64,000 bases of DNA from a bacterium (GCA_965205865.1 CBDBHR010000030.1:192001-256000), one strand, 5' to 3'. Counted from the first letter of the stretch, positions 51,028-62,404 are shown. Program-made: numbers and translations. Notes: generated by a model not told the origin, from the sequence alone.

Positions 51028-53363
51028 GAAAGCCCTTTTTGACGACGGCTAATCCATTCGATACTGAAAAATGCGAATAGCAATATCAGCACCAGGGGCA
51101 TATCCCAGAGATCTTCCTCCATTTCAACAGAGTAAGTATTCCGAGTGTGTTTGATTGCTTCCAGCAGCGCTTCCTGATCCTGCCACCTAAAAAATTTTCC
51201 TCCACTAGTCTCTGCGATTTTTTTAAGCAAGTCGGCATCCATGCCCGGGTTTGAGTATTCCAAATTGGAAGCGGCAACTAAAAAACTGAGGGGGTGGTCC
51301 GCAAAAATAGTCTCTTCCGCTTGCTGAGAAGAGCTTACCGCAGTGGCATCCAAGAGATGCGCTCCTTCTTGTTGGACCATGAAAGTTCCTTGGTAAATGC
51401 CATCCTTTTCAATGTTCCACTGAAGTTGCAGATCCTGAATCGTTCCGTCAGGTTCGGTGATTTTCAACCAGACTGTGGCGTCATCCACGGGAGTGTAAGT
51501 TTTATCAGCAACTTGGATCTGAACTTCTACCATCTCACCCACACTATAGCTGTCGTGATCCAAATTCATTTGTAAGCGCGGTGGAGAATCCATCGTCAGC
51601 CAGCGTGCCACCTGCCGCCAAAAACGTTCATGGGAGAGATCATCATAAGGTTGTAGCATTTGCCAACGCCAAGTACTCGCTGTCATGATGGCCATAGTGC
51701 GTCCCCGGCCAAAACGTTCGTAGACAATGACCGGCAGTGGAATTTCGTTGTAGCTGAGAATAGGGTGAACCGCCAGCACAATAGCTCCGGATTTGGCTCG
51801 CTCGGTGACATTGACCCCTTGTAGTTGGGGCATCTTGTCCCATAATTGCCGATTCTTCTCCTTTTCCAGTTCCAGCCGCAAGATAGGGGCCTCTTCTCCC
51901 TCCTGCGTGAGTCGCAGGGTGAATTTATCCCTGATCGGACGGTCACCGAAAGCATCGGGAGAAAGCCGACCCCCTTGCAAGTTGGCAGGCAGGGATTGTT
52001 TGCGTATTTGAATGACCGGCAAGATTTCTGCGATTGGCGTATCAATGAAATTCTCTTCAAAACCAGTGGAGCCACCCAGCATTAGAAAGCCCCCGCCTCG
52101 TTTCGAGACGAATTCCTTTGTCAAATCCAACTGTTTTGTTGAGAAAAAGGAGCTGGAAATGTCCCCAAAAATAATAGCTTGATACTCAAAAAGCTCCTCC
52201 ATGCTGTCAGGGTAGCCATTTTCCAGCTCCTCAGGGGATTTGATTCCCTGGCGAAGAAATTTACGGGGACCGGTTTGCAAGTAAGTCACCAAACGCAAGG
52301 CATTATCGCCTTTGATTGCGCGTTGGATGAATTTATATTCGTGGCGCGGATGTCCTTCAACGTATAGAATGTCGCTTTGCTGCTGCTTGTTCTGAACCAG
52401 GAACATTCGCTGGTTGTTCTCGGAGATGATTTCATCTTCTTGCAAGGGAATACGCAATGTATAAATCAGATTCCCTTTCCGTTCCGGAGTCAGTTGCAGT
52501 CTGTGTCGAGTTACGCTTCCGCTTTTCTGCAGTTTGAGCGTCTTGGAAAGCGCAACCCGATCTCCTTCTTCAATCCGCAATTCGATTTGATGGTCTGCAT
52601 AACCCTGATTGCGGAGCAAAACGTCGACATGAAAAATAGAGCCTTCCAAGACAGATTCAGCAGTATGAATTCTGACGACCTCCAAATCTTTGGGAAGGCG
52701 CTCTTGTCCAATGCCTATCGTAAAAACAGGAATGTTGGCTGATTTGAAAATGTCTGCCGTACGAAGAGGATCGATATTGCTGTTGTCTCCTCCATCACTG
52801 ATCAAAATTACTGCCGACAATGGAAGTCCTTTCATGGCTTCCCCGGATTGTTGGAGGCTTTGGGAAAGAACAGTCTTCGATCCCTCAAAGGTGAGATCTT
52901 CAGAAGCGGAGATCAGTCGGGCACCCACGTTAAAACCGAAGACCCGAATTCGAAAATCTTCCTCGAGGCGGGAGAGCAATCCTTTACTGCCATAAAGCGC
53001 GTTGGTCATTACATTAGCGCGGGATTGCCCTTCTGCTATATCTTGGATAGTCATGCTCCGGGAATCGTCGAGGAGGATAGCCAAATAGCTTTCCTGCGGA
53101 ATGACGCGTGAAATGCCCAATTTTGGCTGCAGCAAGCAGAGCAAAAGAACCATCAAGATCCCGGATCTCAAGCCAACAAGCAGGATTTTCACTGGTAAGG
53201 ACACCTTCGCCGTCGTTCGGTAGTAAAGGACCCAAGTCAGCATCACCACCAGAATGGCACCGATGATGAGAAGAGGCGCGTCGACTGGAATCCCAAAAGA
53301 AAATTCCCCCTCAGCCAGCTCATGCAGTTTGTGACCTGTCAGAAAATCAAAGATCTCCATCAT
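51024..53363 (-). CDS. Membrane protein with vWA and glutamine-amidotransferase-like domains
   Basis: LDDSRSM, LISDGGDN, RGGGFLMLGG, GRGRT, WRW, terminal TM segment EWISRR. Confidence 0.8.
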   Translation of the reverse strand: MMEIFDFLTGHKLHELAEGEFSFGIPVDAPLLIIGAILVVMLTWVLYYRTTAKVSLPVKILLVGLRSGILMVLLLCLLQPKLGISRVIPQESYLAILLDDSRSMTIQDIAEGQSRANVMTNALYGSKGLLSRLEEDFRIRVFGFNVGARLISASEDLTFEGSKTVLSQSLQQSGEAMKGLPLSAVILISDGGDNSNIDPLRTADIFKSANIPVFTIGIGQERLPKDLEVVRIHTAESVLEGSIFHVDVLLRNQGYADHQIELRIEEGDRVALSKTLKLQKSGSVTRHRLQLTPERKGNLIYTLRIPLQEDEIISENNQRMFLVQNKQQQSDILYVEGHPRHEYKFIQRAIKGDNALRLVTYLQTGPRKFLRQGIKSPEELENGYPDSMEELFEYQAIIFGDISSSFFSTKQLDLTKEFVSKRGGGFLMLGGSTGFEENFIDTPIAEILPVIQIRKQSLPANLQGGRLSPDAFGDRPIRDKFTLRLTQEGEEAPILRLELEKEKNRQLWDKMPQLQGVNVTERAKSGAIVLAVHPILSYNEIPLPVIVYERFGRGRTMAIMTASTWRWQMLQPYDDLSHERFWRQVARWLTMDSPPRLQMNLDHDSYSVGEMVEVQIQVADKTYTPVDDATVWLKITEPDGTIQDLQLQWNIEKDGIYQGTFMVQQEGAHLLDATAVSSSQQAEETIFADHPLSFLVAASNLEYSNPGMDADLLKKIAETSGGKFFRWQDQEALLEAIKHTRNTYSVEMEEDLWDMPLVLILLFAFFSIEWISRRQKGLS

Positions 53364-56300
53364 TGCTCCCTCAGCCTTCCTTCGTGAGGCTGCGAAAGAG
53401 CCCGGTAATACTCTTCAACCAGATTTTCATAAGTTGCAGGAATATCCTCCTGCTCTACCGAAAAAAGTCTATTCTTCAGTTGACTGATTTCCGCCTGAGC
53501 CTGCAATTGAGATTCGAGTTCCAGGATTGGTTCAAGGAGCTGTTTCCAAATGTCGGATCGAGTGAGGAAATCTTCGATTTCTTTCCGGGTCAATTCTCGG
53601 TGAATGGAACGCGCATCCTCTGCCCATCGCTCACCACGAGTCCAGGGCTCTATCAAGCCACGGGCATAATATTGAACGCGTTCCAGATTTTCCTGCATTT
53701 GATTGATCCTAGCACCCGGTTCTTCCCCTTGACTCAACTGTCTACCTCCCATCTGATCTGCTCTCCGTTGTCCCCGTTGTCCCTGCTGTGATGCCGTCCC
53801 TTGCCGCCCTTGCCGTGCAATCTCTTGCGGGGATGGGACCGCTCCCTGCCGTCCTTGATTTTCCGCCTGTACTTGTGGGGATAATTCGGTTTCGGAAGGA
53901 CGGTTCATTTCCGATTGTTGTTGCAACTGTTGATCAGCCAAGGGGTTGATTTGGTTCGAGTTTTCCACTTGCTGACGCAGGTTTTCCAATTCTCGTCGCA
54001 GCCTGCCAACATCAGCAGTTGCCTGTTGGATTTGTTCATCCCGGGATAGGGTTGCTCTTCCGCCTACTTGCTGTAGTTTGGTACTGAGAAAATCGATCGA
54101 TTGAGCGATTTCCTTTTCCATTTCTTTGGAACTTTCGAGCATTCCATTCTCCAGCAAAAAACGAGAAGACTCGACACGGTCAATCAAATGTTCTCTGCGA
54201 AGCGTGCGCAATGCATCCAGCGCTCGAGTTGCGATCTGCGGCTGTTTTTCATTTCCCCGCGCCAGTATTGTCCGTAAGAGCTTTTCAGTTTCACGTAAAT
54301 CATGTTCCAACTGTTCTTTTCCGGTTAATACTTCTTGTGTCAATGGTTGACTCGATTCCTGTGCAGGCGTGTTCTCTTCTATGGAAGCAAGGGTATCTTC
54401 TTGCGCGCCGTCTTGCATTTCCGTTGAAGCAGGTTGACCGGCATCGGAAACATCAGCGTCTGATTCGCCCTGATCGGCATGGGATAAATCCTGAATGTTT
54501 TCCAACAAAGCTCGCTGCAAGTTCTTTTGAATTTGGTCTTCCAGTTCTCGCAGTTGCCAGGCTTTTCGATTGAGGGCATCTACCAGATTGGACATCGCAT
54601 CCTTATTTTCCCGACTTCGCATGGCTTGTTCCTGGTTTCGCAGGTTCTCCAAGGCTTGGCTGCTTTTTTGAGCCGCGGTTTTGGTGTCTTCACGCAGGAG
54701 ACTGCGGGCAGCATCCTGCATTTGTTGGGATGCTTGCTCGAGTTGTTGCAAACGACTGGAGCCAGGGCGATTCATCCGACCATCCGCAGTACCTTGCCGA
54801 GTTAACCGAGAGGCGCTCTGGGAGAGTTCTTCCGTCTGGCGCTGCAACGCTTCCTGTTCCCGTCTCAGTTCTTCCAGGCGTCGTTTCATTTCTTCTTCGG
54901 AAATTTGATTTTGCCGGCGAGCGAGATCATTTTGACGCCGGTTCATCAATTCCTGACGCTGGGCCAATTCTTGCAATCGTCTCAGGACCTCCTCTTCTTC
55001 TGCTTGTTGAGGAGAGAGATTATTCTGTCCCGGCATCTCATAGCGATTTTCCAGACGTCCCATTTCCATTTCGAACAATTCCCTGAGATCTTCCCTTTCT
55101 TGTTGTTCTCTGCTACCGGCCCCTCCTCTTTGTCCACGGTTTTGGGCCGTCTCGATCTGAGTTTTTTTGCTGAGGGCGTCTGCTTTCAAAATGGCTTGCA
55201 AGGCAGTCTGCTCCGGAACCAACGCTTCTTTCAATTGTTGAGCATCCAGTTTTTCCCGGGCAAGCGCCATTTGCTCTACTGCCTGTTCCATGTAGGAGAC
55301 TGCGGTATCATAGCTTTCATCAGAATAGGAAAACCGTTCTGTCAGGCGACGCAAAGACATTTGGGCACGTTGCAGGACTTCGGATTGGGAACTTGCCACA
55401 ACTTGGACGTCTTCAGTAAATTTATTCGTGTTGACGTTTTTTTGTTGTTTCAACAATTTCCAGGTTGCTACAATGATTTTCTTTTGATTTTCCGCCAGGG
55501 CGCTGGATTGCTGCTGGCGCCCGCCCATTTCTCCGCCTCCCATTCCTCCTTCGTTCGGCCTTGCGACAACACGGCGAAATTCTTCTTTGGTGGAAATCAC
55601 TTCGAGGAAATAAATATCAGAAAACACTTCGCTGGAGCCTTGCAGGCCATTGTTGTCTGCGGCGGATAAATAATACGAAACAAAATCTCCCGGTTTTACC
55701 TCCAACTCCTCCAAATAGATTAGCGCGTCACCCTCCAGGGTGAGATCGAGTTGCTGTTGGGGTTCACCGGACAAGGGAACTTGCTGTTCGTCTCCTCCGG
55801 AAATGCTGTAATGCAGGACAAATCTGTTCAGTCCATAATCATCTGACGCCGTTGCGCGCAGGAAGACTTCTTCCAAGGAGGTCACTCTTCGGTCTTTTCC
55901 AGGATGGAGAAGAGACAACTGAGGCGCCTTGTCGGGGATCGAACGGACAAAGTATTCAGTGGGGTTGACGTTTTCCAGGCCCTCCTGGTCTGTCACCCGG
56001 ATGGTATAGGTAGCATCTTTCAAGACGGTAAAGCCACCACTGCTACCCAACTCTCCAAGACGGACGGCAGACGTTGAATTTTCCGGCGGGCTCAGTTCTA
56101 TAGTGGTACCGTCTTTGAATTGAAGAGTTGCCCTGCTGACCGGTTTATTGAAGGTTGCATGGAGCGTGACCCGAGTCCCTTGCGGAGCAATGATATCGCC
56201 TTCGGGTTCTCCGGTTTTTGATGGCATCCCCGTGTAGTGCGGATAGTCATAGTCCACTTCCAACTTCTCCAATCGTGGCATTTCAAAGACTGAGACTCGA

Positions 56301-57169
56301 TACTGTCGGGAGCGTTTTCCGCCTGTATCGACATAGTAACTCAGATCTTCTTGGACCGATGACAAGTAGTAAGTATAAGTCTGCTCTTCACCTTCAGTGC
56401 GCATCGGTTCGGATTCCCAATGCGCGCGGTTTGTTTGCAGGTAAAGATTGACTCGTTCCGGGAAACTGTTTTCCACAGTGGCTACGATGGTGAGATCCTT
56501 CCCCCTTTGCATGCGGAGATCTCCGGGTATCACCGTCAATTCGACAGGCAATGTTTTCGCCTCACCTGCTTGCCAAGGCCAGAGAATTTGGCTGCTGGCA
56601 TGAAAAAAATCAACGGAAGTGAAGAGCAAGGTCATCCAAAAGACTGATATCAGCAAAGCCGTTCCCATTGCCGGCCAAGCTTTGCGAAATGTCGCTACGC
56701 GTTCAATGCTTTGATGCCGGATATGGGTCTGCGCGTCTTCCCAGAGTTGATTGAGCAATTGGGCGGAAACTCCGCTTTGGCCCGCTGTCCGCTCAGCTTG
56801 AGCCGCAATTTTTTCGTTTTCAGGGTAAGCGCTTTTGTCAAATTCGATGGAAGTGAGAAGCCGCTGTTCCAGATCGGGGAGCCGGTCTTCCACGTAATGA
56901 GCAAGCCGCTGCTGGTCGGATTCCAAGCGTCGCGCTTTCCAACTATGACGGCCGATCATGGAAACCAAGCCAAGAATCCAAAGGAAAAACAGAAAAACAC
57001 GGCCTTGCCATGAAAATTGAAAGGACATTTCCAACCACCCGAAAATGAGCAACAAAACCACAATTCCAGCAAGCGTCAGGCTACATTGCCGCAGAAAGAA
57101 AACTCGCTGACGGCGCTGTTGAACGCTTTTGATTTTTTCACGCAGGTTTTCAATTGCTGATAAGGACAT
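53360..57169 (-). CDS. Large membrane-anchored coiled-coil protein (DUF4175-like)
   Basis: N-terminal TM helices, YPHYTG Ig-like region, ASDDYGL, long Q/E-rich coiled coil, VEEYYRAL. Confidence 0.8.
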   Translation of the reverse strand: MSLSAIENLREKIKSVQQRRQRVFFLRQCSLTLAGIVVLLLIFGWLEMSFQFSWQGRVFLFFLWILGLVSMIGRHSWKARRLESDQQRLAHYVEDRLPDLEQRLLTSIEFDKSAYPENEKIAAQAERTAGQSGVSAQLLNQLWEDAQTHIRHQSIERVATFRKAWPAMGTALLISVFWMTLLFTSVDFFHASSQILWPWQAGEAKTLPVELTVIPGDLRMQRGKDLTIVATVENSFPERVNLYLQTNRAHWESEPMRTEGEEQTYTYYLSSVQEDLSYYVDTGGKRSRQYRVSVFEMPRLEKLEVDYDYPHYTGMPSKTGEPEGDIIAPQGTRVTLHATFNKPVSRATLQFKDGTTIELSPPENSTSAVRLGELGSSGGFTVLKDATYTIRVTDQEGLENVNPTEYFVRSIPDKAPQLSLLHPGKDRRVTSLEEVFLRATASDDYGLNRFVLHYSISGGDEQQVPLSGEPQQQLDLTLEGDALIYLEELEVKPGDFVSYYLSAADNNGLQGSSEVFSDIYFLEVISTKEEFRRVVARPNEGGMGGGEMGGRQQQSSALAENQKKIIVATWKLLKQQKNVNTNKFTEDVQVVASSQSEVLQRAQMSLRRLTERFSYSDESYDTAVSYMEQAVEQMALAREKLDAQQLKEALVPEQTALQAILKADALSKKTQIETAQNRGQRGGAGSREQQEREDLRELFEMEMGRLENRYEMPGQNNLSPQQAEEEEVLRRLQELAQRQELMNRRQNDLARRQNQISEEEMKRRLEELRREQEALQRQTEELSQSASRLTRQGTADGRMNRPGSSRLQQLEQASQQMQDAARSLLREDTKTAAQKSSQALENLRNQEQAMRSRENKDAMSNLVDALNRKAWQLRELEDQIQKNLQRALLENIQDLSHADQGESDADVSDAGQPASTEMQDGAQEDTLASIEENTPAQESSQPLTQEVLTGKEQLEHDLRETEKLLRTILARGNEKQPQIATRALDALRTLRREHLIDRVESSRFLLENGMLESSKEMEKEIAQSIDFLSTKLQQVGGRATLSRDEQIQQATADVGRLRRELENLRQQVENSNQINPLADQQLQQQSEMNRPSETELSPQVQAENQGRQGAVPSPQEIARQGRQGTASQQGQRGQRRADQMGGRQLSQGEEPGARINQMQENLERVQYYARGLIEPWTRGERWAEDARSIHRELTRKEIEDFLTRSDIWKQLLEPILELESQLQAQAEISQLKNRLFSVEQEDIPATYENLVEEYYRALSQPHEGRLREQ

Positions 57170-57187
57170 AAGCGCCTCGCTTGAAAA

Positions 57188-59350
57188 TTATCTGAAAGTC
57201 CGATTTGCCAGTATTGTTTCTCCGATTCCCAGAAGGACAACAAAGAGGAGCAGCCACCACCAGAAACGCTGTGATTTGTCCGCCTGAAGGTTGTAAAAGA
57301 AAGTTTGCGATTCCTGTGAAGTCCGGGTTTCGATTTCAGGATTGACCACCAAATCGTGAAGCGCCTGGGGAGCGAATGACGTCAAATCCGATTCTTTGGG
57401 GGAAGTATTGACAGCAAAGTAATCCTGAAAATTATTGCTGCGGATGTGGTAAAAACCGGGTGTCTGGGTCTTGCTATAGAAATGACGTTCGCCAGATTCG
57501 GCGAATTGCTCATGAGGAGTCAATACAGTTTTTTCCCCCAGGGGTGAAATAACATGCATCAGCGTCCTTGCCGGAACATGTATCGAAACCGGCTCATCGA
57601 TCACATAGGCCCGTTTTTTTTCGACATGTCTGGATAGATAGCGGAAAGTTTCATGCAGCCAGGGAAGATACCAAACCTGCAAAGGGAGGTTACTCCATTC
57701 GATATCCAATGACGAGGTGAGTAGCAATACTCGTCCCCTGCCAATCTTTTGCTCGACAAGAGCGGGTTTGCCGTTGTCGAATTGCATGAGGATTTCGCTC
57801 TCTTCTTTAGCTGTCACCAACCAGTAACCTTTAAATCGGGCGGTCCCAAAGTCACTATCCGCATTTGCTCGCAGCGCCTGAAACACCGGATGCCGGTGCT
57901 TGACGTCAGCAAGCACCAGATAACCATCGTCAAGGATCTTTTTTTCCTCCAAAACGGCTGGCGCCATTTTTGAAAAAAATCGGTTAAAACCTTCGACTTC
58001 CACTCTATCCCCCAGAGCAATCAGCAAATTGCCTCCGCGTGACACAAAAGACTGAATGGCTTTCAACTCGTTTTCTCCCAGTTGTCTCACATTGAGCAGG
58101 ACAATGACTTTATAAAGATTCAGAGATTGCCGGTCGAACTGATGGGGCTCGACCACCTCCAGTTGAAAATTGGATGCGCCGTCGGACTGGAACGTTAAGG
58201 CGGGTGATTCACTTTCGCTGAGTCCGTCATAGCGAGTAGATGGCTCGCCCATGGCCAAACGGAACCAATGACTCTCGTCGTCATACCAATCCTCGTCGGA
58301 TTCTCCATTGACCGCCAAAATATGAATGGGCGAAGGAAGATTGACCGTGAAATGGTAAGTGTTGTCCGGTGGAAATTGATCGTCCTCAACCACCACGGCA
58401 CCCCGCTGCGTCAATTGCTCAGTGGTGGACTTCCCAGTATCTGAATTGCTCTCGAAAGTGGCGTGGAATACTACCACAGCTTCCGATTCATGGCTCAGCT
58501 CCACCGTCCGGGTTTCAATGATTTGCAGATCACTGCCCGTCCGTTCCATCATCAAGGATACTCTTGCTCGAGAGACGTGTTGGCTGCCCAAGCTTCGAAT
58601 TTTTCCCAGGATGGTATGCTCTTCTTCATCTCGGCCCACCAAATTGGGCGATTTGACATCGGTTACAGCAAGGTTGGAGGTGGTCTCATTTCCGATTTTC
58701 CTGGATTTCAAGGTGATTCCCGGGCTCAACTGCCAAGAGGTATCCGGACTTTCGAATGCCTGACGTTGAAAATCAGACACCAGATAAATAGTCCGTTCCG
58801 GATTGCCTGCCGAACTCAGGATTTGATCGGCAAGCTTCAGTGCCGGAAGATATTGAGTTTCCCGGTAGTCGGGGCTGTCCAGGCTTTTTAAGAAAGATTC
58901 CAGTTCATTCAGATCGGTGGTCAACCCTTTAAGATGATCGGTGCTTTCCGAAAAAGTTACCAAAGCCGCTTCGTCTCCTGTCTGCAGCGACTGGAGAATT
59001 TGGAGTGCTTCTGCCTTTGCACGGGCAAAATGATCTCCATAGCGCATGCTCATGGACCTGTCCAACAGGATCACCACAGACTGAGGAGACAACCCTGCAA
59101 TTTGAGAAAAGGCTCCGAGGAATGGACGAGCAAAGGCCAGCGCCAGCAGGACAAAAATCAGCGTGCGCGCCAACAGGAGTAGCCATTGCTGAATCTGCTG
59201 AAAATAAACCGTCCTTTTCGAAGTCGTTTTCAAGAATCGGAGAGTGGTGAAAACTACTTTGACGGCCTTTTTTCTGCGGATCATGTGAATCGCAATGGGA
59301 ATCGCGATACCTGTGATTGCAAGCAAAAACCAGGGCGTCAGAAAGGACAT
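57188..59350 (-). CDS. BatA-domain and vWA-domain membrane protein
   Basis: MSFLTPWFL..PIAIH..FARP, LDRSMSM, VSDFQ, C-terminal TM. Confidence 0.85.
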   Translation of the reverse strand: MSFLTPWFLLAITGIAIPIAIHMIRRKKAVKVVFTTLRFLKTTSKRTVYFQQIQQWLLLLARTLIFVLLALAFARPFLGAFSQIAGLSPQSVVILLDRSMSMRYGDHFARAKAEALQILQSLQTGDEAALVTFSESTDHLKGLTTDLNELESFLKSLDSPDYRETQYLPALKLADQILSSAGNPERTIYLVSDFQRQAFESPDTSWQLSPGITLKSRKIGNETTSNLAVTDVKSPNLVGRDEEEHTILGKIRSLGSQHVSRARVSLMMERTGSDLQIIETRTVELSHESEAVVVFHATFESNSDTGKSTTEQLTQRGAVVVEDDQFPPDNTYHFTVNLPSPIHILAVNGESDEDWYDDESHWFRLAMGEPSTRYDGLSESESPALTFQSDGASNFQLEVVEPHQFDRQSLNLYKVIVLLNVRQLGENELKAIQSFVSRGGNLLIALGDRVEVEGFNRFFSKMAPAVLEEKKILDDGYLVLADVKHRHPVFQALRANADSDFGTARFKGYWLVTAKEESEILMQFDNGKPALVEQKIGRGRVLLLTSSLDIEWSNLPLQVWYLPWLHETFRYLSRHVEKKRAYVIDEPVSIHVPARTLMHVISPLGEKTVLTPHEQFAESGERHFYSKTQTPGFYHIRSNNFQDYFAVNTSPKESDLTSFAPQALHDLVVNPEIETRTSQESQTFFYNLQADKSQRFWWWLLLFVVLLGIGETILANRTFR

Positions 59351-59368
59351 GCGAATTACTCTGCGCAA

Positions 59369-60277
59369 TTAAAAGCTTTTGGCGCGCCTCATCAAATAAG
59401 ACGACAAAGCGGCATCTATTGGTTCCGAAGTATTTAAAAGGTGATAATCGATTCCATGGATCTGGCATTGCTTCCGGCAGAATCGGCAAAATTTTTCGAG
59501 CTCCTGCAGATAGGATTCACGGACTGCTTCGGGTACGGTCGTGATGGTTTCCAGACTTTCCATGTCTTCGAATTCGGAAATCCGCTCGAAAGGAAAGGTC
59601 AATTCGGCGTCATCCATAACATGAAACACGATGACGTCATTGCCCTTGAAACAAAGTTGCCGCAAGGCTTTGACCGCCGATTCCTCCATCTCCACGGGCT
59701 GATCATCCAGCAGATCACTGATCATGATAATCAAACTTTTCCGCTTCAAACTGAAAGCCAATTCCTCAAGTGGACGCATGAAGTTGGTCCGCTTCCCCAA
59801 CTCCACCTGGGCCAGGGTTCTTAAGATTTGCATGAGATGTCCTTGACGGCAGCGGGATGGCAAGTGTTCGCGGATTTTCTCGTCAAAGGTGATCAATCCC
59901 ACCGCATCCCTTTGGCTCATCATGAAATAGGCCAAAGCGGAGGCTAGAGTCCGCGCATATTCCAGTTTCGTCATCGCTCCGGATTGATAGCCCATGGAAG
60001 CGCTGCAATCGAGCAGAATATGGCAGCGGACATTCGTCTCGTCTTCATATTGCTTGATATAATACTTGTCGGTGCGCGCATAAAGCTTCCAGTCGACGTG
60101 CCGGATGTCGTCGCCGGGCGCGTAATGTCGATAGTCGGTAAATTCGACGCTGAATCCCCGGTAAGGGCTTTTGTGCAATCCGTTGAGAAAACCCTCTACC
60201 ACCGTTTTGGCGCGCAACTCCAAATTTGAGATACTGGCCAAAACCGTTGGGGGGAGAAAACGAAGTTCTTCAGCCAT
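59369..60277 (-). CDS. DUF58 domain protein
   Basis: GLHKSPYRGFSVEF, YAPGDDIRHVDWK, LDCSASM. Confidence 0.92.
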   Translation of the reverse strand: MAEELRFLPPTVLASISNLELRAKTVVEGFLNGLHKSPYRGFSVEFTDYRHYAPGDDIRHVDWKLYARTDKYYIKQYEDETNVRCHILLDCSASMGYQSGAMTKLEYARTLASALAYFMMSQRDAVGLITFDEKIREHLPSRCRQGHLMQILRTLAQVELGKRTNFMRPLEELAFSLKRKSLIIMISDLLDDQPVEMEESAVKALRQLCFKGNDVIVFHVMDDAELTFPFERISEFEDMESLETITTVPEAVRESYLQELEKFCRFCRKQCQIHGIDYHLLNTSEPIDAALSSYLMRRAKSF

Positions 60278-60290
60278 GTATTGCCTGTTT

Positions 60291-61382
60291 TTATAAGCCG
60301 GAGCTTGGCTCGGGCACCACCTCCAGCAGTTTGTGGATCACCCGGGTCGTGTCAATGCGCTCTGCCTCGGCATGGAAATTAAGAAGAATACGGTGACGCA
60401 GGACAGGATGCGCCAGTGCCCGGATGTCATTGAAAGAAACATTGTAACGACCCTGAAGCAAAGCTCGTACTTTTCCGCCCAGGATCAGAAATTGAGAGGC
60501 GCGGAGTCCGGCGCCCCAACTCACCCAGTCTTTAATGAACTGAGGAGCGTCGGGTGTGGACGGACGACTGCTTCGAACTAGCCGTACTGCGTATTGCGTG
60601 ACTATTTCTGCCGCCGGGACTTGACGGGCAATATATTGAAAATCGAGAATGTCCTGCCCCGTGAGAAGATGTTCCACGGTAGTATCGATGATTCGCGTAG
60701 TGTTATTCACCACCTTGATTTCATCTTTCTCTGGCAGGTAGTCGATTATTATTTTGAACATGAATCGGTCCAACTGCGCCTCCGGCAAAGGATAAGTGCC
60801 TTCCAATTCAATGGGATTTTGTGTTGCCAGTACGAAAAATGGCTCGTCCAACCGGTAGGTTGTACCTGCAGCGGTGACTTGTTTTTCCTCCATTGCTTCC
60901 AGCAAGGAAGATTGGGTTTTTGGAGGCGTGCGATTGATTTCATCTGCTAGTAAAATGTTGGCAAAAATAGGACCCTTGACGAACTTCAAAGTTCGATGTC
61001 CGGTCGCATGGTCTTCTTCCACGACCTCTGTCCCCACCACGTCCGAGGGCATCAAGTCGGGAGTGAATTGAATGCGGTTGAACTGGAGTTGCAGGATATC
61101 GGCAATTGTCTTGATGAGCAGTGTTTTGGCAAGTCCGGGAACGCCGGTAATCAAGCAATGTCCACCGCAGAATAGCGCAACGAGCACTTCCTCGATCACT
61201 TCATCCTGCCCCACGATCACCTTTTTCAACTCCCGGACCATTTTTTCCCGCCCTTCTTTCATGCGGGCTACTAATGCCAGATCGTCGTTTTGCCGGGCTG
61301 ACGGATCGTCAATCGGATCTCCTGAATTTTGGCTATGCGAAGTGTTACAAGGGAGATCGGTTGAGTCAGTACGTCCCATCAT
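60291..61382 (-). CDS. MoxR-family AAA+ ATPase
   Basis: GVPGLAKT, RIQFTPDLMPSD, DEINRTPPKTQS, ATQNPIE, LPEAQLDRF. Confidence 0.95.
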   Translation of the reverse strand: MMGRTDSTDLPCNTSHSQNSGDPIDDPSARQNDDLALVARMKEGREKMVRELKKVIVGQDEVIEEVLVALFCGGHCLITGVPGLAKTLLIKTIADILQLQFNRIQFTPDLMPSDVVGTEVVEEDHATGHRTLKFVKGPIFANILLADEINRTPPKTQSSLLEAMEEKQVTAAGTTYRLDEPFFVLATQNPIELEGTYPLPEAQLDRFMFKIIIDYLPEKDEIKVVNNTTRIIDTTVEHLLTGQDILDFQYIARQVPAAEIVTQYAVRLVRSSRPSTPDAPQFIKDWVSWGAGLRASQFLILGGKVRALLQGRYNVSFNDIRALAHPVLRHRILLNFHAEAERIDTTRVIHKLLEVVPEPSSGL

Positions 61383-61480
61383 TGCTCCTTTGATCAAGGA
61401 AAAGGTCGACGCCGTTCACCATAAATAGTACCCTGTGATTTTCTTTGATTAATTTTAAAAAAGATAATTATTTCAACAAC

Positions 61481-61563
61481 TTGTCATACCGGACTTGATC
61501 CGGTATCCAGATAATGAATAGTGAGGCAGACCACTGGATTCCGGGTCGAGCCCGGAATGACAA
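61481..61563. repeat. REP/RPE-like palindromic element
   Basis: TTGTCATACCGGACTTGATCCGGTATCCAG...CTGGATTCCGGGTCGAGCCCGGAATGACAA. Related half-element at 9625-9658. Confidence 0.8.
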
Positions 61564-61639
61564 AAATAGAAAATCACACCCAACTAAATAGCATAATTTT
61601 CAATAAATAATGTTATTTTTCAAATGTGATTCTAATGTT

Positions 61640-62404
61640 TCAATGCGTCATGGCGTAAATCAAGTAATTGATCCCAAGCTGGTAAGCCAGATTGGCGTAT
61701 TTGGTTGGATATGCCGGATGGTAGGTATGTTCCCAGCCATCACCTATATCAGAATTCCAGTTGATCAAAACCATCACTCGTCCCTCGTCGTCAAGAATGG
61801 CCCGATTGATGGCGACGGCCACGTCTTGTTCCGGGTAATTGTATTGGCTGCGACTGATTGCAGGAATCATTTGGGGACCATCGATATCATAGAAACAGTG
61901 GAAAATTGGATGATTTCTATCAAGTTCAACCACCGGTCGGTCTGGAAAAACTTTGGAGAAAGCATTGTAAAAGTAGTCCCATTCCAAGCTTCCCCAAAAA
62001 TCGTCGATGAAGAGAAAGCCTCCCCGCAGGAGATACTCGCGCAGGTTTTTGATTTCTTTTTCGTTGAAATCAGGCCCCTTTCCTCGTCCCATTTCCAGCA
62101 TGTAGAGAAACGGGTATTCAAAAATCCGGTCATCGTCCAAACGCAGAACTTCCGGACTGGCATTGATATGGATATTGGTCAGTCGAGTAACGCCACGGAG
62201 GAAATTGAAGTCGGCATCCGGATAATCGACCGACCAACTGGACCAACCGCCCCACGAGTATTCATTTCCCCAAGTGCCGAAATTGTCGTATTGGATGCGA
62301 ATGAAGGTAAATTCATCTCCGGCAGCTCCTATTTTTTTTGACCCTTGCTGCGCCAATGCGCAAGAACCGATGAGCAAAGCCAAGAAGAAAAGCAGTTTTT
62401 TCAT
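61640..62404 (-). CDS. DUF4159 domain exported protein
   Basis: Signal peptide, DYPDAD.NF, YPFLYM, LREYLLRGGFLFIDDFWG, DIGDGWE, GINYLIYAMTH. Confidence 0.88.
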   Translation of the reverse strand: MKKLLFFLALLIGSCALAQQGSKKIGAAGDEFTFIRIQYDNFGTWGNEYSWGGWSSWSVDYPDADFNFLRGVTRLTNIHINASPEVLRLDDDRIFEYPFLYMLEMGRGKGPDFNEKEIKNLREYLLRGGFLFIDDFWGSLEWDYFYNAFSKVFPDRPVVELDRNHPIFHCFYDIDGPQMIPAISRSQYNYPEQDVAVAINRAILDDEGRVMVLINWNSDIGDGWEHTYHPAYPTKYANLAYQLGINYLIYAMTH